DNA of 32,000 nucleotides from Erysipelothrix inopinata (GTDB lineage Bacteria > Bacillota_I > Bacilli_A > Erysipelotrichales > Erysipelotrichaceae): the NCBI RefSeq assembly GCF_014396165.1, contig NZ_CP060715.1, forward strand, positions 150,001 through 182,000, written 5' to 3'. This document shows, one piece after another, positions 9,447 through 14,093 of this stretch. The first letter of the stretch is position 1. Every line of letters begins with the position of its first letter. A program made the position numbers and the translations under genes. The notes under the pieces were generated by a model, which saw only the letters and a program-made list of their open reading frames with translations, made no database searches and was not told the origin of the DNA.

Positions 9447-9475
9447 AATATACCATAGTGTCTGATGGATGACAA
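9447..9475 (-). promoter_or_regulatory. Sigma-A-type promoter of tRNA cassette copy 1
   Basis: Minus strand TTGTCA (9475..9470), 17-nt spacer, TATATT (9452..9447), about 15 nt upstream of the tRNA-Asn 5' end. Confidence 0.7.
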
Positions 9476-9545
9476 GGACTTTTTTCATTTTTTTAATATT
9501 TATTTTTAAAAGCCCTTTTAATCACCCTTTTAGTCTCTATTATAG

Positions 9546-10238
9546 CTAGAAATCTCTCAATGAACGGCGTTGATTTCCTTCACTATCAAAGTTTGATTCA
9601 TCAAGCCATCGTACAAAACGTGTTTTTTTGAATGGCCACTCGGAATCAATAATTGAAAACCATGCCGTGTCTCTACTTCTATTCTTATAGATGAGTGCAT
9701 TTCTAAATGTTCCCTCATAACTAAAGCCATAACGTAAAGCTGCACGATAAGATGGTTCGTTCAAAGTATCGCATTTCCATTCTAATCTACGGTAAGATAA
9801 ATCCTCAAACACATATCGTGCCAAAAGATAGACAACCTCCGTTGCCATTACCGTCTTTTGAAGTTTGGGTGAATACACTACATATCCAATTTCTATCGAA
9901 CCATTATCAGGATCAATCCGCATCAATGCAATACTTCCTACAACTTCATTATTCTCATTATTTATAATGGCGAAAAAACATGACTTAAACTGTTCTTCGA
10001 TATTCTTAAAGTAAGCATCAAAGCTATCTCTATCTTGAAAAGGATCAATACCCATATATGTCCAGTTTTCTAACGGCGCTGTCGGCCCAAAGACCTCATA
10101 GAGACCATCAGCGTGTTTATTTAGATTAAGTCGTTCTAAACGACATGTACGCCCCTCTAACAACGTTACATCTGGATACTTAAAGGAAATACCTGCTTCG
10201 ATACTCGGTCCGATTGGTTGATTGAATTGATTCATCAT
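9546..10238 (-). CDS. GNAT family N-acetyltransferase (RimJ/RimL-like, Acetyltransf_3-type)
   Basis: GSIALMRIDPDNGSIEIGYVVYSPKLQKT..ATE..YLL..YVFE.L.YRRLEWKCD..N..S..AA.R.GF..EGTFR. Start moved to ATG 10238, 6 nt after GGAG (10248..10245); the track start at 10250 overlaps that SD. Confidence 0.8.
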   Translation of the reverse strand: MMNQFNQPIGPSIEAGISFKYPDVTLLEGRTCRLERLNLNKHADGLYEVFGPTAPLENWTYMGIDPFQDRDSFDAYFKNIEEQFKSCFFAIINNENNEVVGSIALMRIDPDNGSIEIGYVVYSPKLQKTVMATEVVYLLARYVFEDLSYRRLEWKCDTLNEPSYRAALRYGFSYEGTFRNALIYKNRSRDTAWFSIIDSEWPFKKTRFVRWLDESNFDSEGNQRRSLRDF

Positions 10239-10239
10239 T

Positions 10240-10276
10240 TTACACTCCATATCTTTGTTGTATTATAGCATATACT
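10240..10276 (-). repeat. 37-nt perfect direct repeat, copy 1 (extended -10 promoter + leader + RBS of the GNAT gene)
   Basis: ttacactccatatctttgttgtattatagcatatact is identical to 11700..11736. On the minus strand it contains TGCTATAAT (10270..10262) and GGAG (10248..10245). Confidence 0.9.
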
Positions 10277-10372
10277 CCCAATAAACTTGGTTTATCGATA
10301 ATGAACTATACTTTTTTTTATTAAATTCTATTTCAAATTATTAATCTTCAGTTCATTCTTTATATTTAACAC

Positions 10373-10396
10373 AAATAAAAGACCTCTAATGAGGTC
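10373..10396 (-). terminator. Intrinsic terminator after the 178-aa ORF
   Basis: Minus strand GACCUC-AUUA-GAGGUC followed by UUUUAUUU, beginning 7 nt after the stop at 10404. Confidence 0.65.
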
Positions 10397-10403
10397 CTGT
10401 TGC

Positions 10404-10940
10404 TTAGATTTTATTACGTTTTGGTATGAATCTTTTATAAATTGTATCATTAACATATTTTCCATGTACAAAAGTTCTCGGATCATTGATAGTAGAATTC
10501 CCTACATAGTAGCCTGTGATATCGCAAACTAAAAAATAATATGAAGTTTTACCATCACTTCTGGATCTAATTACATAATCAGCATCGATATTCGACCATT
10601 CCGGTCGCCTGTACTTATAGATTTCAGTCATTCTATTTAGTGTATTTTGAAAATTAGCAATATTTTCTATTCTTGATTCTATTTCACAATAGTGTGAACT
10701 ACGAGTAACTATGTTCCTTAGTTTTTCATCCTTGATTAATTTATTGAACACATTTTGTGGCGAACCTCTCAATAAACCTTTAATATCCGTAAGGTAGTGT
10801 AATCCAGCAAGATGATAGAATTGTTTTTTCTCAAAATTAATTTCAATTCTTTTAGTCTCATTTTTACCCTTAACTTGGAATTCGACAGCGAATGTATGAT
10901 CGCATAACTGCTTAAAAACTTCTAGAGCTTCATCAAGCAT
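10404..10940 (-). CDS. Hypothetical 178-aa protein, tentatively a PBECR-type (Barnase/EndoU/colicin E5-D/RelE-like) phage-associated nuclease or RNase toxin
   Basis: Intact ORF with GGAGGGG 6 nt before the ATG. No TM segment or signal peptide. The blocks FYHLAGLHYLTD and DADYVIRS..GKTSYYFLV resemble, from memory, Firmicutes mobile-element proteins annotated as PBECR nucleases. Coding confidence is good; functional assignment is unverified. Confidence 0.6.
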   Translation of the reverse strand: MLDEALEVFKQLCDHTFAVEFQVKGKNETKRIEINFEKKQFYHLAGLHYLTDIKGLLRGSPQNVFNKLIKDEKLRNIVTRSSHYCEIESRIENIANFQNTLNRMTEIYKYRRPEWSNIDADYVIRSRSDGKTSYYFLVCDITGYYVGNSTINDPRTFVHGKYVNDTIYKRFIPKRNKI

Positions 10941-10955
10941 TATTCCCCTCCACTT

Positions 10956-10982
10956 AATAAATAAAGGCTCTTACGAGCCTTT
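10956..10982 (-). terminator. Intrinsic terminator/attenuator immediately upstream of the 178-aa ORF
   Basis: Minus strand AAAGGCUC-GUAA-GAGCCUUU (10982..10963) followed by AUUUAUU. The SD of the ORF starts about 5 nt later. Confidence 0.75.
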
Positions 10983-11186
10983 ATTTGAAATAATATAGTA
11001 ATGGTATTCTATTCAGCTGACAAGGCCTACATCGACTGCGGTCAACCATAAAACCGCTGCTAAAGCTGGATGAATCACCTGTCGATAAGGATCATCACAT
11101 TAGCTTCAGGAAGTGTTTTATCACTACCTGTTAAAGGAGGTCAAAATATAGGCAAAACTTAGTCAAAGTTTTGTTTCATTTACCTC
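10956..11186 (-). ncRNA. Candidate about 230-nt structured non-coding RNA or leader (promoter to terminator)
   Basis: Bounded by a near-consensus promoter and an intrinsic terminator. No ORF of 60 aa or more on either strand, and the longest ATG frame I found is 22 codons with no SD. Noticeably more G+C-rich than the flanking spacers. Several hand-found helices are listed in the findings. Confidence 0.5.
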
Positions 11187-11192
11187 GCCCCC

Positions 11193-11221
11193 ATATTAAC
11201 ATGATATTTTTACTCAGTCAA
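11193..11221 (-). promoter_or_regulatory. Sigma-A-type promoter driving the candidate RNA and the nuclease-like ORF
   Basis: Minus strand TTGACT (11221..11216), 17-nt spacer, TAATAT (11198..11193) preceded by TGT (extended -10-like). Confidence 0.7.
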
Positions 11222-11357
11222 GGGCGATGTTATTTCCTATTTAGTATCCTTCAATAATTTAAATGATAGTATTTTAGTAAGTAAACTTAATTGTTAAAAA
11301 TAATCAAGCTTATTAATAATCTAATTTTTTCAAGAGTATTAGATTCGCGTATAAAGT

Positions 11358-11382
11358 TGGTAACCCGTACGGGAATCGAACT
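11358..11382 (-). other. Truncated tRNA-Glu 3' end (T-arm half + acceptor + CCA), att-like remnant
   Basis: Minus strand CAGTTCGATTCCCGTACGGGTTACCA versus tRNA-Glu GGTTCGAATCCCGTACGGGTCACCA (2 mismatches over the last 23 nt). No 5' part of a tRNA precedes it. Confidence 0.7.
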
Positions 11383-11477
11383 GTATCCTAAAATAGTTGT
11401 GTGATTGAGGACTTATTTTCATCGATACCTGCTATATCAACTCAAATGGATTAAATATATATAAATATATAAATTTT

Positions 11478-11696
11478 CTAGATATTAACATCTCTCAGAA
11501 GATCCACATAATTTATACCATATACATTGCATAATTCTACCAAAGTATCGATCGAAATAGAGACTTTTCCTTGTTCATATGCATGAATCGCTGATTTAGA
11601 TTTTCCAACCATTAATCTTACTTCACTAAGGGAGTAACCATTCAGATTTCTAAAATGTTTTAACTTCACTCCCAATTTCCTATTAATGACACTCAT
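11478..11696 (-). CDS. XRE-family helix-turn-helix transcriptional regulator (72 aa)
   Basis: LKHFRNLNGYSLSEVRLMVGKSKSAIHAYEQGKVSISIDTLVELCNVYG is a canonical HTH_3 pattern. GGAG lies 8 nt before the ATG. Confidence 0.8.
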   Translation of the reverse strand: MSVINRKLGVKLKHFRNLNGYSLSEVRLMVGKSKSAIHAYEQGKVSISIDTLVELCNVYGINYVDLLRDVNI

Positions 11697-11699
11697 ATC

Positions 11700-11736
11700 T
11701 TACACTCCATATCTTTGTTGTATTATAGCATATACT
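11700..11736 (-). repeat. 37-nt perfect direct repeat, copy 2 (extended -10 promoter + leader + RBS of the HTH gene)
   Basis: Identical to 10240..10276. TGCTATAAT at 11730..11722 and GGAG at 11708..11705 on the minus strand. Confidence 0.9.
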
Positions 11737-11761
11737 TTTATGGCTCAATTATATTAAGACA

Positions 11762-11789
11762 TAAAAAACTCATTGAATGAATCAATGAG
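11762..11789 (-). terminator. Intrinsic terminator of tRNA cassette copy 2
   Basis: Minus strand CUCAUUGA-UUCAU-UCAAUGAG followed by UUUUUU. Confidence 0.75.
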
Positions 11790-11802
11790 ATAATTTAATA
11801 TA

Positions 11803-11878
11803 TGGTGACCCGTACGGGATTCGAACCCGTGAATGCATGCGTGAAAGGCATGTGAGTTAACCGTTTCTCCAACGGGCC
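11803..11878 (-). tRNA. tRNA-Glu(UUC), copy 2
   Basis: Identical in all 76 nt to 9273..9348. Confidence 0.95.
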
Positions 11879-11883
11879 ATACA

Positions 11884-11959
11884 TGGCGCTTGATGTAGGA
11901 TTCGAACCTACGACCCACTGGTTAACAGCCAGTTGCTCTACCTGCTGAGCTAATCAAGC
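11884..11959 (-). tRNA. tRNA-Asn(GUU), copy 2
   Basis: Identical in all 76 nt to 9354..9429. Confidence 0.95.
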
Positions 11960-11977
11960 ACGACTTAGTGCCTATAA

Positions 11978-12006
11978 AATATAACATATCACTTAAGGGA
12001 ACGCAA
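11978..12006 (-). promoter_or_regulatory. Sigma-A-type promoter of tRNA cassette copy 2
   Basis: Minus strand TTGCGT (12006..12001), 17-nt spacer, TATATT (11983..11978). Same geometry as copy 1. Confidence 0.65.
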
Positions 12007-12079
12007 GTCCTATTTTTAAATAATTACCAAATTAATTTATATCACAGTTGTAGAGCCTTAGAAAGCCTTAATTTATAGA

Positions 12080-12106
12080 AAAAGAGCCTTCTAAGAAGAC
12101 TCTTTT
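12080..12106 (-). terminator. Probable intrinsic terminator overlapping the 3' end of the O-antigen-ligase-like gene
   Basis: Minus strand AAAAGAGUCUUC-UUA-GAAGGCUCUUUU, a 12-bp stem including one G-U. The stop codon lies in the loop region, and the downstream tail is only moderately U-rich. Confidence 0.55.
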
Positions 12107-13308
12107 TGCTCACTATTTTCAAGCACTTTTGTTTCAATATTTCGATCTGGAAGACAAAAGATTGCGACCAGAAGAAAACTTGTTTGTACATATAAGAGTG
12201 GTATATCCATAACACCATACGTTATCGTTGCAATAAGCACAGCGAATGCTAATGGATAATCCAAGTAATAACCTGTTTTATAGATTGTTTGCATGCGTTC
12301 TGTAAACCACGCAAGTAATATTGCTGTTCCCGCAACACCAAAACTTAGAAGTGATTCAATGAAAATGTTATGGGCGTGAGTATTATCGAACAAGAACGCA
12401 TAGGTAAACAAACCCTTACCAAACCATGGTTCTTTTTCAATTTGCATCAACGCTGTTTCCCATATATTTAAGCGAATCGAAGTATGCTCCGTAATTTGCA
12501 TAAAACGAGGGAACAATGTTGGGTTTGTTAATATGAAGATTGCTGCAATGCTTCCCAACAACATCAAAATTTTCAGCTGCAGCCACTTCCTTTGGATAAA
12601 TATAATAACTACAAGACCCACAAGGAGCGCTACAACAATAGCACGTGTCTCTGTTAAGAACAGAGCATACATATTAATAATGAATGCAGCGATGTAGAAC
12701 ATACCTAGAGAATAGTTTTTAAATGTTAATTGAAATTGAATCTGATTAAAACAAACAAGTAACACAATCATAAGGATAAATGCATAAAAGTTTGGGTTAT
12801 CAAATGTTGAATAAGCACGGTAATAGCCATTACCATAAGGTGGTAAATGCCATGATGGGAGATGATCAATGTTTAACATTGATTCTACCGTCGCCATTAA
12901 GCTTTTAAACCATGCTGGCTTGTATTGGATAAAGTTAAAGAAGAAATTGAATAACGAAGACCAAACTATATAATACTGAAGCTTCATGTACGTTAAGGGT
13001 GTGATACGCCTATGGATTGAGAATGCATACCCGTTTATGAATAATAGAACAACACAGGCTCCCAATCCAAACCAGTTACCACTCGCCCACGACACAATGA
13101 CTAAATAAATCCATAAGACCCAGAAGAAGCTCCATCGGAAGGCTTTGTATTTGATATACTCATACGTAACAAAAACACCACAGATTAACAGTGATGGATA
13201 TAAAAGATAGTCCGGTAAAAATAACATGGCAATCATTAAGAACAAAACATTGTCCTTAATGAGTGTCATCCCTTCTTTTAAATATTCTTTAATTATTGTC
13301 ATCATCAT
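12091..13308 (-). CDS. O-antigen ligase/polymerase family (Wzy_C-like) polytopic membrane protein
   Basis: 405 aa with about 10 or more TM segments. Periplasmic-loop region with LTETRAIVVALLVG and HAHNIFIESL motifs typical of O-antigen ligase-like proteins. Confidence 0.7.
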   Translation of the reverse strand: MMMTIIKEYLKEGMTLIKDNVLFLMIAMLFLPDYLLYPSLLICGVFVTYEYIKYKAFRWSFFWVLWIYLVIVSWASGNWFGLGACVVLLFINGYAFSIHRRITPLTYMKLQYYIVWSSLFNFFFNFIQYKPAWFKSLMATVESMLNIDHLPSWHLPPYGNGYYRAYSTFDNPNFYAFILMIVLLVCFNQIQFQLTFKNYSLGMFYIAAFIINMYALFLTETRAIVVALLVGLVVIIFIQRKWLQLKILMLLGSIAAIFILTNPTLFPRFMQITEHTSIRLNIWETALMQIEKEPWFGKGLFTYAFLFDNTHAHNIFIESLLSFGVAGTAILLAWFTERMQTIYKTGYYLDYPLAFAVLIATITYGVMDIPLLYVQTSFLLVAIFCLPDRNIETKVLENSEQKESS

Positions 13309-13322
13309 TATTTTACCACATT

Positions 13323-13357
13323 AAAAAGTGACCGCTATAACAATAGTGTCACTTTTT
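13323..13357 (-). terminator. Intrinsic terminator ending the pcrA...gatB-ORF229 transcription unit
   Basis: Minus strand AAAAAGUGAC, 15-nt loop, GUCACUUUUU. The stem is flanked by an A-run and a U-run. Confidence 0.7.
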
Positions 13358-13364
13358 AACATGA

Positions 13365-14054
13365 TTACTCACCTAATTCTGTGTCAGCGCCTGCTTCGTT
13401 TGTAGGAACTTCAGCGGGTTGTTTGCCTGCTTCTTTTTCCTTTTTACGAGCTTCTTCAGCTTCTTTAAGTTTTTCTACCATTTCTGGTGAAATTGCTTCT
13501 GATAAGAATTGACCTGATGGTTGTTGTACTGTTGAGTTTTTAGCATAGAGATAGTGATAAGCACTATCCGCTTGTTCTTCAGTAGGTTTCAATATGTTAT
13601 AAATATTAATTTCAATGTCATAACGCTTGTTGTCTTCATCTGAAGTAAAGTATGTTTCTACAGGTAAAGCTTCCACAATTTTTGCATACGCTTCTTGAGC
13701 CACATCATCATAGCTGTCTTTCGCAAGATCTTCTGAGACTTTAATATTGACACGTACTGTACTTGTCACGACATTAACATTTGCTGTTTCGACATTTGCG
13801 ACGCCGCCAATTGTATCTGCGAGAGATTTAATTTGTGCATCTTGAATTTTCGGATTTGGTTCATCATCAAAGCGATTGCCAACAATTGGTTTCCCACGTT
13901 GCATAAATGCACTAATACTGGTAATTCCTATATATGAAGTTGGAATTGCAATAATAACAAGGCAGATAATGATCGCATAAAACGACCAATCATGTTTTTT
14001 GGTTTTTTTATCTTTATTTGAAGGTTGTTTCTTTGGATCTGTTTTTTGAGTCAT
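13365..14054 (-). CDS. Hypothetical membrane-anchored protein (Lys-rich N-tail, one TM helix, Glu/Lys-rich C-tail)
   Basis: 229 aa with WSFYAIIICLVIIAIPTSYIGITSISAF as a single TM helix. GGGAGGA RBS. No terminator between it and gatB, so it is probably co-transcribed. Confidence 0.6.
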   Translation of the reverse strand: MTQKTDPKKQPSNKDKKTKKHDWSFYAIIICLVIIAIPTSYIGITSISAFMQRGKPIVGNRFDDEPNPKIQDAQIKSLADTIGGVANVETANVNVVTSTVRVNIKVSEDLAKDSYDDVAQEAYAKIVEALPVETYFTSDEDNKRYDIEINIYNILKPTEEQADSAYHYLYAKNSTVQQPSGQFLSEAISPEMVEKLKEAEEARKKEKEAGKQPAEVPTNEAGADTELGE

Positions 14055-14093
14055 GTTGATCCTCCCATTTCTCTACAAATTGTATAGTATTTT

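Noticed and set aside
10981-11049. 22-codon minus-strand ORF (MVDRSRCRPCQLNRIPLLYYFK) inside the candidate RNA
   Set aside because: It has no SD upstream of the ATG and runs through the terminator hairpin. It is not hydrophobic like type I toxins, so it is most likely fortuitous.
11133-11141. Plus-strand AAAGGAGGT looks like a strong RBS for a hidden small ORF
   Set aside because: At the correct spacing the next codons are ATA GGC AAA ACT TAG, with no ATG, GTG or TTG start and a stop after 4 codons. The element makes more sense as an anti-SD on the minus-strand RNA.
10983-11192. Search for a ToxI-like tandem repeat array (34-45-nt units) upstream of the nuclease-like ORF
   Set aside because: Only short recurring words were found: TTGAC-like pentamers, and ACAGGT(A)GTGAT twice about 49 nt apart. 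The intervening sequence of the putative units is unrelated, so there is no tandem array.
11358-11382. The tRNA-like 3' end might be the end of a tmRNA (ssrA)
   Set aside because: The sequence upstream on that strand is the XRE coding region and an AT-rich spacer. It has no tmRNA 5' acceptor partner, tag ORF or pseudoknots. The fragment matches tRNA-Glu almost exactly.
11453-11473. AAATATATA direct repeat just downstream of the XRE stop codon
   Set aside because: It is a short AT-only low-complexity stretch of the kind expected by chance in this composition, with no flanking structure.
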